Assembly: GCA_963727505.1 (NCBI GenBank)
Contig: CAVSGP010000004.1
Span: 992,001 to 1,056,000, forward strand
DNA length: 64,000 nucleotides
From: an uncultured Trueperaceae bacterium
Lineage (GTDB): Bacteria > Deinococcota > Deinococci > Deinococcales > Trueperaceae
Direction of reading: 5' to 3'
Part shown: piece by piece, positions 28,340 to 40,078 of the stretch
How the letters are laid out: every line of letters begins with the position of its first letter
How positions within the stretch are numbered: the stretch's first letter is position 1
Made by a program: the position numbers and the translations under genes
Notes under the pieces: generated by a model
Databases searched by the model: none
The model's input: the letters and a program-made list of their open reading frames with translations, nothing else
Told to the model about the DNA's origin: nothing

Positions 28340-29374
28340 CTACGCAGGCGGCACCTCCATCGTGGCGGGGGGACCCGTGCTGTCTCGGACGATGAGCTGG
28401 GTCGCCAGCCGGACCGACTGGACGGACCCGCCGGCCATCAGGGTGAGAAGCGCGTCGAAGGCCATCTCGCCAAGGCGGCGTGTCGCCTGCCGGACCGAGG
28501 TGAGGGCGGGGCGGGCCACGGCGGCGAGCGGCGTGTCGTCGAAGCCGACCACCGAGACGTCGCCGGGTACGCAACGGCCCGCCGCCGCAAGGGCGCGCAA
28601 CGCCCCCAGAGCGACCAGGTCGTTGTTCGCGAGCACGGCCTCGAAGCGCGTTCCGCCGGCGATCAGGCGCGCGCAGGCCTCGGCGCCGCCCGTGCGACTG
28701 TCGTCGGTGGGCACCAGCAGCGAGCGGTCGGCCACCAGCCCGAAGGTCTCGACTCCGGTCCGGTAGGCACGGATGCGCCGTTCGGCGTAGCGCGAGCCGC
28801 GGGGCCCGCTCAGGAACGCCACCCGTCGTAGACCGAGCTGCTCGAGGTGCGCCAGCGCCTGCCACACCCCGGCGCGCTCGTTGCTGCCGATGCTCACCGC
28901 GTCGAGGCTTCGCGGGCCGGCATGGATGGCGACCACCGGATAACGAGCGGTGATCAGGCGATTGAGGCCGTCGACGTCGTCGTCGGTCACGCTGGATCCG
29001 AGCACGAGCAGGCCGTCGACACGACCCTCGCGCAGCCACAGCGTGAAGTCGGGACGGGGCGCCGTTGAGAGGAGCAGCGGGAAGCCTGCCTCCTCGGCCC
29101 GGCTGGTGACGCCGAGCAGGAGCTCGCTGAAGTAGGGGTTGGCGAAGACGAGTTCGGAGCTCCGGGGAAGCATCAATCCGACGGCCTGCGCCCTGCGGCG
29201 GGTCAGCGCCCGGGCTGCGGCGTCGGGACGGTAGCCAAGCGTGTCGGCGAGCTCCCGGACGCGCGTACGGGTGGCCGCGGCGATCTGGGGGTCGTCCCGC
29301 AACGCACGCGACACCGTGGAACGGGCCAACCCCAGCCGCTCGGAGAGGTCCTTCAGAGTGAGCTTGCGCCTCAC
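28340..29374 (-). CDS. LacI-family transcriptional regulator
   Basis: TLKDLSERLGLARSTVSRAL, LGYRPDAAARAL, NPYF, NDLVALG, VPGDVSVVGFDD and LTSVRQ. Confidence 0.93.
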   Translation of the reverse strand: MRRKLTLKDLSERLGLARSTVSRALRDDPQIAAATRTRVRELADTLGYRPDAAARALTRRRAQAVGLMLPRSSELVFANPYFSELLLGVTSRAEEAGFPLLLSTAPRPDFTLWLREGRVDGLLVLGSSVTDDDVDGLNRLITARYPVVAIHAGPRSLDAVSIGSNERAGVWQALAHLEQLGLRRVAFLSGPRGSRYAERRIRAYRTGVETFGLVADRSLLVPTDDSRTGGAEACARLIAGGTRFEAVLANNDLVALGALRALAAAGRCVPGDVSVVGFDDTPLAAVARPALTSVRQATRRLGEMAFDALLTLMAGGSVQSVRLATQLIVRDSTGPPATMEVPPA

Positions 29375-29445
29375 ACTCGACCGCCCGTCTCCCCGCCCCG
29401 ATCGGCCCACGACGCGCGGCCCTCAGGGACGATGCGGAAGCTACT

Positions 29446-29492
29446 TCGCAACCGGTTGCGACAACGGTAGCACAGCCCCCAGGGCCCCGCAA
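29446..29492 (-). promoter_or_regulatory. LacI-type operator and sigma70 promoter of the sugar operon
   Basis: Perfect 16-bp palindrome TCGCAACCGGTTGCGA at 29446-29461. It lies just downstream of a minus-strand extended -10 (TGTGC-TACCGT, 29464-29474) and a -35 (TTGCGG, 29487-29492), with a 17-nt spacer. Confidence 0.8.
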
Positions 29493-29518
29493 GAGCGCCG
29501 AAGCGCGGCTCGCCCGGG

Positions 29519-32500
29519 TTACAGCGCGCCCTGTGCCTGAAGCCGGCGCGCCACCTCGTCGGGGGCGAGCGGAGGAGCGAAGAGGTAGCCCTGGCCGTAG
29601 TCGCAGCCCAGCTCGAGGAGCGTCTCGAGCTCCTCTTCGCGCTCGATACCCTCGGCCACCGCGTCGATTCCGAGGCTCCGGGCGAGCCCGACGATGGTGC
29701 TCACCACGTCCCTGTTAGCCGCGTCGGCGTCGATCCCTCGCACGAAGGAGCCGTCGATCTTGAGCGAGTCGATGGGGAGACGCTGGAGGTACTTCAGCGA
29801 GGAGAAGCCGGTGCCGAAGTCGTCCACCTGGACCCGCACGCCCATCCGATGAAGGCTCGTGAGCGCCTCGGCAGCGGCCTCCGGATAGCTCATCAGGGCG
29901 CCTTCGCTGATCTCGAGCTTGAGACTGGAAGCCGGCGCGCCCGCCTCCTCCAGAGCAGCTCGCAGCATCGTGTCCATGTCCTGCAGCGCGAGGTGCCGGG
30001 CCGACACGTTGACACTGACCACGGGGGGCGGCACGCTCCCGTCCAGCTCGCGTGCCCAGGTCGCGAGCTGACGCGTCGCCTGGCCGAGCACCCAGCGATC
30101 GATCGCGACGATCTGGCCCGACTCCTCGGCCAGCGGCACGAACTCCGACGGAGGGACGAGCCCGCGCTCCGGGTGCTGCCAGCGCACCAGCGCCTCGACG
30201 CCCACCAGGCGGCGTTCTCGCAACTGGTAGACGGGCTGGTACTCGAGGAACAGCTCGTTGCGATCGGGCGCACGGTGGAGGCTGGTCTCCAGCTGCATCT
30301 GCCCGAGCGCGCGGGCGTGCATGCCCTTGTCGAAGATCGCGAAGCGCGCCTTGCCCGACGCCTTGGCGCGGTACATGGCGATGTCGGCGTCGCGCAGCAG
30401 TTCCTGAGGATCGCGGTAGTGGGGCGCGGAGAAGGCGATCCCGATCGAAGCACTCGTGAAGATGTCGTGACCGTGCAACGTGAACGGCTCGGCGAGAGCG
30501 CTCTGGATGCGCGTGGCGGTCGCGGTCGCGTGGTCGGGGCCGTCGACGTCCTCGATGAGCACGCAGAACTCGTCTCCTCCCAGCCGGGCCACTGTGTCGG
30601 AACCGCGCACGCAGGTCTTGAGGCGCACGGCCAGGGCCTTGAGCAACTCGTCGCCGGCGTTGTGGCCGAGGCTGTCGTTGACGACCTTGAAGCGGTCGAG
30701 ATCCAGGAAGAGCAGCGCGAAGTGCCAGGACTCGTTGCGGGCGGCGCGCGACAGGGCCTGGCGCAGGCGGTCGAGCAGGAGCACGCGGTTGGCCAGGCTG
30801 GTCAGCTCGTCGAACAGCGCACCCTGCACCAGGCGTTCCTCGATGCGTTTGCGCTCGGTGATGTCGCGCGACGACGTCACGAAGTTGACCACCTCTCCCC
30901 GCTCATCACGCACACTCTGGGCGACGGTCTCGAGCCACACGTAGCGACCGTCGGCGCGCCGGAAACGGTACCCGACCTGGACCGACTCCTGTCCCTCCAA
31001 CAGGCGCTGCCGTCCACCCTTGCGCACCCGGTCGCGGTCCTCCTCGTGGATCAGCGTGAAGGGGTCGATCCCCACGAGCGCGTCCGGGGCGTAACCGAGA
31101 ACGGTGGTCGCCGATGGGCTGACGTAGACGCAGCGCCCCGCAGGGTCGTGCAGACAGACCAGGTCCTGCATATGCTCGGCGAGCAGGCGGAAACGCTGCT
31201 CGCTCTGTCGGACGACCCCGTAGAGGCGGCCGCGTTCCGCCGCCACCCCGAGCTGTTCGCCCAGGGCCCGCAGCATCCGGAGGTCCTCGTCGGCCGAGCC
31301 GGCGGCGCGGCCCTCCGCCACAAGCACGCCCACCACACCGTCGCCCGCCACGAGCGGGACCGCTGCCTGCCACGGAGCCGCGACCGGCGCCCCGCCGACA
31401 CCGGTCGCTTCGTCGTTTGCGCCGCCTCCGATGAGGAGCGGCTCACCAGTCTCGGCCACGCGGGAGGCGACTTGCGTCACCTCACCGAGCGCGTTTCGCG
31501 CCGACGCGCTCTCGTAGCCGAGCTGATGCTGCAACACCAGCTCGCCCCCGACCCATGCGAACAGACCCACCCTGCGGTACCCCAGCACCTCCACTGTTGC
31601 CGATGCCGCAGCGGCGAACACCGCCTGCAGGTCGAGCTCGCTGGCGACCGCGCCACGGACCCGATCGAGCAGCGTCAATTCGGCCGCCTGGCGCTTCGCG
31701 GCCTCGAACAACGATCGGTACTCGGCGGCCTGGCCACGGCTCTGTTCCACCAGAGCCAGCCGGTCGAGCGCGTTGCCGCAGGCCAGCGCGATGGCCTCGA
31801 GGAAGCCCGTGTCCTCGCGCTCGAAGCTGCGGCTCCCCGCCTGGGCCAGCGCGCTCACGACGCCGACGATCTCGCCCTCGCCGTTGCGCAGGGGCGTGCC
31901 CAGGAAGGCCACCGGCCGCGGGGCCCCGGACGGGACCGGCACATCGGTCAGGCCGGCGGCGTCGCGCACGCCGACCGTCCGGCCCTCGTCGACCACTTGC
32001 CAGGCAAGCCCGCCCTCGCCCCGCGTCACCGGGTGCCCGCCCACCGGGTAGGCGTCCCGACCGCCGTCCGCCCGGCTCCCGACCCGCCGCAACACGTCGG
32101 CCTCCACGTCGATGAGGTAGAGGTCGCACACGTCGGCACGTGTCATCTCCAGCACGGCCTTGAGGGCACGCATGACGACATCGCGACGGCGCGTGGCCCC
32201 ACGCAGCGCCTCGCTGGCGCTCACCACGGCCTCGAGCTTGGCGAGCTGCCACTCGCGCTGCTCGGCGTCGTGCTGGCGCACCAGCGCGAGCTCGATGCTG
32301 TTGGAGAGCTGTGCGAGCGTGTCCCGGACGTGGCCGTCGAAGGTACGCGGCTCGTAAGCGCAGAACACGATCATCCCCCACGGCTGCCCCCGCAGCATCA
32401 GGGGTTGAGCCGCGTAGGCGGCCACCGGACCGTCGTCGTGCTCGCGGAAGCGCGGCCGAGGGTCGGTCTCGAGCGACGCCAGCGGGCCCCGTGTCCCGGC

Positions 32501-34783
32501 GACCCAGCCCGCCTCGATCAGCGCTGTCTCGAGATCCTCGTCATGAACGCCCGCGGGATCGAAGACGTCGAGCGCCACGTCGTTGGCCTCGAGGTGCAAC
32601 ACCGCCATGCGCTCGAAATCCAGGCCCGGGACCTCCAGCGCCAGGCGCGCCAGCACCGGGAAGAAGTCGCTCAGGTCGCCGCCCACCAGGAGCAGGCGCT
32701 CGATATCGGCCAGCAGGGCGTTCAATCGTGCAGCCCGGTCACGCCGCTCCTCCAGCCGGAGGCGCTGGAGCAGTGCGGCGACCTGCAGCCCGTACGCCTC
32801 CGCCATGCCGATCGCCTCGGGAGGGAAGCCGTCCTCCGCGTCCAGATTGTCGAGCCGTAGGGAGGCCTCCACGCGCCCGTTCAGCTCCACCGGCACCGCG
32901 AGCGACACGGCCGGCCCGGGCCCCGCCCGCATCTCGCGTGCCGCGCGCGAGCGCGCCCCGTCGACCCCCCGGTCGAGCGCGTCACCCCGGACCAGTCGGG
33001 GCCCGGGCCGGCCCGGGCCCTCGTGACCGAGGTCGCGCTCGTCGAACCGTGCCCGGGCCAGCGTGGCGGCCTCCGCGCCGGTTGCCGCGGCGAGCGTGAA
33101 CCCGCCGTCCGACCCGCGCACCAGGACACAGCCCCCCTGTGCGCCGGGGATCACGCCGACGGCGCGCTCTAGCAGGGCCTGGTAGAACGCGGGGGTGACC
33201 TCCTGGGCCAGGAGCTCTCTCGTCACATCCAGGAGCGAGGCCTGGTACCTGCGGTAACGCTCGCTCGCCAGCTCGCCGCTGCGCCGGCGGACCGCCGCCT
33301 CGAGTGCAGCGGGGGCCGCACGGAGCGTGTCGACCACCAGGGGCAACCAGCGCGGATGCGGGGCCGGCCACTCGAAGGCCAGCACCCGGGACACGCCGTC
33401 CCCCGCGGATACCGGCAACAGGGCCACGTATCCCACGCCGATGGCCTGCAAGACGTCGCGGTCGCGGGCCGGTACCTCGTCCATGTCTCCCGCGAAACCC
33501 GGTCGCGTGACGGCCCAATCGAGCAACCGGGACCCGTAGGGTGGGTGCCCGTCGGCCCAGGCGGCAGCTTGCAGGTTCTCCCAGCGACGCGTGCGGGGGA
33601 CTCCCGGCGGTTGGCCTCCCGGCCAGCCGCCGGGTGCGGCGTCGAACTCCAGCAGCGCCACCCGGCTGGCGCCGCTGGCGAATCCCAGGCGGGCGAGCAT
33701 GCCGTCGACGGCGACCGCCCAGTCCGGCTCCTCCAGGAACTCGCGGGCGGCGGCCTCGGCCGCGGCGAGCACCTCCGCGCGCCGGCCCAACGCATCGGCC
33801 GCGGCGCGCCTCGCCGTCACGTCCCGGATGATGAGGAGCCTCCCTGAATTGGGCAACGGGTGGCTCCTCGCTTCGTAGACCGGGCCAGCGTCGACCGGCG
33901 GCAGCTCCACCGACTCGCGCCCCATGACCGCGAAGTCCCGCCGGATCGACGACAACGGCCGCCCCAACGCGAGCGGGGCGGTCACGCCCAACGCCCGCTC
34001 GGCGGCCGGGTTCACGTCCAGCACGACACCATGCTCGTCTACCAGGATGAGCCCGTCGCCGAGGCCGGCGAACACGTCGCGATACTCGACCGGACCGCGC
34101 AGCTCGGCCCAGCGCCGCTCCATGCCCCAGGCCAGCAGCACCGCGCTCACCCCCAGGCCGACCGGCGTCAGGTCGATCGCGGACAGGGTCCCCAGCGAGA
34201 GGAACCCGTAAGCGGCCACCGCCAGAGACGGCAACGGCGCCAGCGCGAGCAACGCCGCGCCGGCCCGCTCCCTGGGCCGCCCCCGGGGCGTGCCCAGGGC
34301 AAACACCAGCGAGATGGCGATCCCCAGGGCGAATCCCGCCCCGACCCACCAGACCCAGAAGGCGGGTCCGGGGAGGACACCCAAGGAGCTCAGGCCGACG
34401 ACCTCGACCGGCACCAGTGCTCGCCACACCCAGGGGGTGACGGCGGGCGTCCACACCAGGGCGCCGGCACCCACCGCGGGCACCAGCAGGAGGCTGACGA
34501 TCGAGGCCTTGCGGCCCACCAGCCGCAGCGCCGCGATCAGCGCCAGCACAGGCGTGACAGCGGCGGCGCTGAGCGCCAGTCGCACGGTGAGCTCGAGTTG
34601 GGCGTCGGGTGCCCGGGCCCACGAGAGGAGTACCGCGAGCGACCAGGCCACCACGGCGACGGCAAGCGCCCCGAACGCCCGACGGCCGGGCTCCCGCCGC
34701 CGCGCCAGCGACCACCCGATCGCCGGGAAGGCGATCATGGCCGTCAGCAACGGCAACGCCAGCAGCATCAGCTCCAGTTTCAT
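29519..34783 (-). CDS. Diguanylate cyclase/phosphodiesterase: 7TM (HisKA_7TM-like)-PAS-multi-GAF-PAS/PAC-GGDEF-EAL
   Basis: About 1750 aa. Hydrophobic N-terminus; DELTSLANR, DLDRFKVVNDSLGH, RGSD-TVARL-GGDEF, VEAL, DDFGTG, VAEGIE and QGYLF. Confidence 0.92.
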   Translation of the reverse strand: MKLELMLLALPLLTAMIAFPAIGWSLARRREPGRRAFGALAVAVVAWSLAVLLSWARAPDAQLELTVRLALSAAAVTPVLALIAALRLVGRKASIVSLLLVPAVGAGALVWTPAVTPWVWRALVPVEVVGLSSLGVLPGPAFWVWWVGAGFALGIAISLVFALGTPRGRPRERAGAALLALAPLPSLAVAAYGFLSLGTLSAIDLTPVGLGVSAVLLAWGMERRWAELRGPVEYRDVFAGLGDGLILVDEHGVVLDVNPAAERALGVTAPLALGRPLSSIRRDFAVMGRESVELPPVDAGPVYEARSHPLPNSGRLLIIRDVTARRAAADALGRRAEVLAAAEAAAREFLEEPDWAVAVDGMLARLGFASGASRVALLEFDAAPGGWPGGQPPGVPRTRRWENLQAAAWADGHPPYGSRLLDWAVTRPGFAGDMDEVPARDRDVLQAIGVGYVALLPVSAGDGVSRVLAFEWPAPHPRWLPLVVDTLRAAPAALEAAVRRRSGELASERYRRYQASLLDVTRELLAQEVTPAFYQALLERAVGVIPGAQGGCVLVRGSDGGFTLAAATGAEAATLARARFDERDLGHEGPGRPGPRLVRGDALDRGVDGARSRAAREMRAGPGPAVSLAVPVELNGRVEASLRLDNLDAEDGFPPEAIGMAEAYGLQVAALLQRLRLEERRDRAARLNALLADIERLLLVGGDLSDFFPVLARLALEVPGLDFERMAVLHLEANDVALDVFDPAGVHDEDLETALIEAGWVAGTRGPLASLETDPRPRFREHDDGPVAAYAAQPLMLRGQPWGMIVFCAYEPRTFDGHVRDTLAQLSNSIELALVRQHDAEQREWQLAKLEAVVSASEALRGATRRRDVVMRALKAVLEMTRADVCDLYLIDVEADVLRRVGSRADGGRDAYPVGGHPVTRGEGGLAWQVVDEGRTVGVRDAAGLTDVPVPSGAPRPVAFLGTPLRNGEGEIVGVVSALAQAGSRSFEREDTGFLEAIALACGNALDRLALVEQSRGQAAEYRSLFEAAKRQAAELTLLDRVRGAVASELDLQAVFAAAASATVEVLGYRRVGLFAWVGGELVLQHQLGYESASARNALGEVTQVASRVAETGEPLLIGGGANDEATGVGGAPVAAPWQAAVPLVAGDGVVGVLVAEGRAAGSADEDLRMLRALGEQLGVAAERGRLYGVVRQSEQRFRLLAEHMQDLVCLHDPAGRCVYVSPSATTVLGYAPDALVGIDPFTLIHEEDRDRVRKGGRQRLLEGQESVQVGYRFRRADGRYVWLETVAQSVRDERGEVVNFVTSSRDITERKRIEERLVQGALFDELTSLANRVLLLDRLRQALSRAARNESWHFALLFLDLDRFKVVNDSLGHNAGDELLKALAVRLKTCVRGSDTVARLGGDEFCVLIEDVDGPDHATATATRIQSALAEPFTLHGHDIFTSASIGIAFSAPHYRDPQELLRDADIAMYRAKASGKARFAIFDKGMHARALGQMQLETSLHRAPDRNELFLEYQPVYQLRERRLVGVEALVRWQHPERGLVPPSEFVPLAEESGQIVAIDRWVLGQATRQLATWARELDGSVPPPVVSVNVSARHLALQDMDTMLRAALEEAGAPASSLKLEISEGALMSYPEAAAEALTSLHRMGVRVQVDDFGTGFSSLKYLQRLPIDSLKIDGSFVRGIDADAANRDVVSTIVGLARSLGIDAVAEGIEREEELETLLELGCDYGQGYLFAPPLAPDEVARRLQAQGAL

Positions 34784-35040
34784 CGTCCTGCCCCCCGACG
34801 CAGCGGGGTCCCCCACGTGTGCGGCCTCGGACCGCTCCCGTCGGGACCCGACCGCCAGCGCCCCCCGCACGCGGGGTCCCGGCAGCGTTGGCCCTCCATT
34901 GTCCCCACGCCTCGCTCCCGATCCCGTGAAATCGCGTACCTGGCCGCACGCACTTCCGCTCGCCGACCCTCCGTGCGGTAGGCTGGACGTCCCCGCCCCC
35001 GCGAGGGGGCCAAAGCCATGCACGGAGGAGAGCCCAAGCG

Positions 35041-35475
35041 ATGAGCAGCTACACAGGCGAACAACGCGCCCTCCTGCTTGACGCCGCCGCGGAGGTCCTG
35101 GTCGCCGCCGTTGCGGCCGAACGGACCGGGCCGATCGGATACTTCCGTGAGATCATGGCTGCCGGACGTTACCTCTACGACGCCCGCCGCCGCTACAAGG
35201 ACAACGCCCTCGTACAGGACCTCTTCAGCCATGCCGAGGAGCGCAGCGTCGATCTCGACGACGTGACCCGCGAGAAGCTCCTGACGCGCATCGAGGTGGT
35301 CGGTTCCGTCGTCCACGACGATGAAGAAGGAGCGGAGTTCAAGCGCTTCCTGCTGGAGCTCGCCGAGCGCGTGGCCGACGCGTCGCGCAGCGGGCTCTTC
35401 GGGCGACGCCTGTCGACCAACGAGGCCGCCTTCCTGAGTGAGCTGAAGGAACACCTCCGCCTCCCGGACGCCTAG
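35041..35475 (+). CDS. Hypothetical helical protein (possibly TerB-like fold)
   Basis: GGAGGAG RBS and typical codon usage; EFKRFLLELAERVADAS...NEAAFLSEL. Confidence 0.7.
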   Translation: MSSYTGEQRALLLDAAAEVLVAAVAAERTGPIGYFREIMAAGRYLYDARRRYKDNALVQDLFSHAEERSVDLDDVTREKLLTRIEVVGSVVHDDEEGAEFKRFLLELAERVADASRSGLFGRRLSTNEAAFLSELKEHLRLPDA

Positions 35476-35490
35476 CGCCACCGGCGGCGG

Positions 35491-36039
35491 TCACCGGCCC
35501 GGGCCGGGATCGAAGCCTTTCTCCCTGTTGAAGCGGGCCGTCTCCCCCTTGGGGATCGACAGCGTTCGCCAGCGCTCACCGCGCGCATGCTTGGCGAGCA
35601 GCACGATCTGGCCCACGTGCTGCGCTGTGTGCGTGAGCTGCCGCAGGAGCGCGCCCGGAACGGTGTGCGGCTCGCCCCGAATCCGGATCTCGCCCGAGAG
35701 GTCTTCCGCGGTGAGGGCGTCGAGTTCGCTCAGGGCTACCGACCAGGCCTCCTCCCACCAGCGCACGACCTCGGCCACGGTCACCGCCTCGACCTCGAAC
35801 TCGCTGTCGCGGTCGCGTTCGGGCTTCTCTCCGTCGCTTCGAAGGAAGTCCGTCCAGCGTGACAGCATGTTCCCCCGCAGGTGTTTGACGATGACCGCGA
35901 TGCTGTTGCCGCCGGGGTCCGGCCGCAGGGTCACGTCGGCGTCCTCGAGCTGCCCCAACGCGCCGTCGCCCAGCACCTTCTGCGAGCGGAACGAGGCCTT
36001 CGTTTCGTCGAGACACACCGTCAGCAGGGACTGCTCCAT
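35491..36039 (-). CDS. DUF1572/DinB-family protein
   Basis: NSIAVIVKHLRGNMLSRWTDFL.SDGEKPERDRDSEF, H...HVGQIV and W.TLSIPKG. Strong AGGAGGAGG RBS. Confidence 0.9.
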   Translation of the reverse strand: MEQSLLTVCLDETKASFRSQKVLGDGALGQLEDADVTLRPDPGGNSIAVIVKHLRGNMLSRWTDFLRSDGEKPERDRDSEFEVEAVTVAEVVRWWEEAWSVALSELDALTAEDLSGEIRIRGEPHTVPGALLRQLTHTAQHVGQIVLLAKHARGERWRTLSIPKGETARFNREKGFDPGPGR

Positions 36040-36081
36040 TCTCGTCCTCCTCCTGCGTTCCTGGAGTCGCTTCCCCTCAGC

Positions 36082-37260
36082 CTACCGAACGCCAGATCCG
36101 GCGCCCCGATCGTCGGCGACCTGCAACGGCTTGCGCAAGCTGCGCCACAGCAACGCCACCACGCCGCAGAGCGTCAGCACGAGCGACCCGAGCGCCAGCG
36201 GCACGCTCGCCGTGCCGGCGAACGCGACCGCCCACCCGATGGCGGGCGCCGTGAGGACAGGGCCCAGATTGGCGACCGCGATCACCAGCGGGGCGATCTG
36301 CTCGGCCCGCTGCGGGAACACCTCCTGCAACCACGCCAGCGCGGTCGGGAAGACGGGCGCGAAAGCGAAGCCCACCAGCGCGTAGGCGAGTGGCGCCAGC
36401 ACCCCCACGGTCGCCGTCCACGCCGCGACGAGCGCCAGAAGCACGGCGCCGAACACCATGTCCGACGGACGCAGCCGGTCGGACAGCGCGGCCGCCACGA
36501 AGCGACCGATCGTGAGCGCCCCCCAGTAGAGCCCGGTGAAGAACGCGGCGCGCACATCGCCGAACAGCGGGGCAAGGTAGGTCGGCTCCCAACTCGCCAC
36601 GCCGACCTCGGAAGCGACGTAGAGGAAGTACAGCAGCATGAATCCCACCATCGGGCCCCGGGGCGCCCGCAGCACCCCGGCGGGGACCACCAGCGGCCTC
36701 GGCATCGGAGCCCGGAGGGCGAACAGGGCCGAGACGACGGTGAGGGCGGCAACCAGCAGGAAGGCCGGGGCAACGCGGGGCGCCAGCAGCCCTATCAGCA
36801 CCGGTCCCGCCACCGCGCCAAGGCCGAAGGCGGCATTGAGGAGGTTCAGCGCGCCGGTCGCACGCGCGCCGTACCAGCGCGCGAACAGCAGGTTGGTGGC
36901 CACGTCGAGCAACCCGAAGCCGAGGCCGCCCAGCAATGCGGAAGCCAGCGTGAAGGTCCAGAGCGGGCTGAGCGCCACGCCGGCGGCCCCCAGGGAGAGC
37001 AGGAGCGCTCCGCCAAGCAGGAGTCGGCGGTAGCCGAAGCGCGCGAGCAGCATCCCGCTGGCCGCGATGGTGACGAACGATCCGAGGAAGTGGGCGCTCA
37101 CCACCGCGCCCACCTGGCCCACTCCGACGCCGAAGCGCGCCAGGAAGGCCGGGAACGAGGGGCCGTACATCGCCTGCACGGCCCCGATCGCGAGGAACGT
37201 CAAGGTCCCCGCAACGAAGAGCACCCGCCGCTCCGGAGTGTCGACCAGGCCTCGCAGCAT
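36082..37260 (-). CDS. MFS transporter (FucP/TsgA-like)
   Basis: About 12 hydrophobic segments; RFGYRR, GLGFG.LD, FGLGAVAGP, LYVASE and APVFPT. Probable leaderless start at 37260 (TACCAT 7 nt upstream). Confidence 0.85.
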   Translation of the reverse strand: MLRGLVDTPERRVLFVAGTLTFLAIGAVQAMYGPSFPAFLARFGVGVGQVGAVVSAHFLGSFVTIAASGMLLARFGYRRLLLGGALLLSLGAAGVALSPLWTFTLASALLGGLGFGLLDVATNLLFARWYGARATGALNLLNAAFGLGAVAGPVLIGLLAPRVAPAFLLVAALTVVSALFALRAPMPRPLVVPAGVLRAPRGPMVGFMLLYFLYVASEVGVASWEPTYLAPLFGDVRAAFFTGLYWGALTIGRFVAAALSDRLRPSDMVFGAVLLALVAAWTATVGVLAPLAYALVGFAFAPVFPTALAWLQEVFPQRAEQIAPLVIAVANLGPVLTAPAIGWAVAFAGTASVPLALGSLVLTLCGVVALLWRSLRKPLQVADDRGAGSGVR

Positions 37261-37344
37261 GCCCCCCATGGTACGCCGAGGGACCGGGCCCGGGACGGGC
37301 CGTCGGCGTGCCGGCGCCGACCGGGAGAGCGCCTCCGGGCCGGG

Positions 37345-37373
37345 TATAATGCTGCCTCAGTGCGAGCGGGAGG
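37345..37373 (+). promoter_or_regulatory. -10 box and RBS of alaS
   Basis: TATAAT at 37345-37350 and GGGAGG at 37368-37373. The leader is short. Confidence 0.6.
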
Positions 37374-37380
37374 CACCAAC

Positions 37381-40071
<2,691 letters not shown>

Positions 40072-40078
40072 TCCGACG

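Noticed and set aside
29849..32860. 1003-aa plus-strand ORF
   Set aside because: Antisense shadow of the GGDEF-EAL gene.
35881..37380. Apparent 500-aa N-terminal extension of AlaRS in the ORF track
   Set aside because: It is the antisense of the MFS gene. The real start is GTG 37381, which has an RBS and a -10 box.
37270..37380. T-box riboswitch upstream of alaS
   Set aside because: The -10 box is about 30 nt before the start, so the leader is far too short, and no T-box motif is visible.
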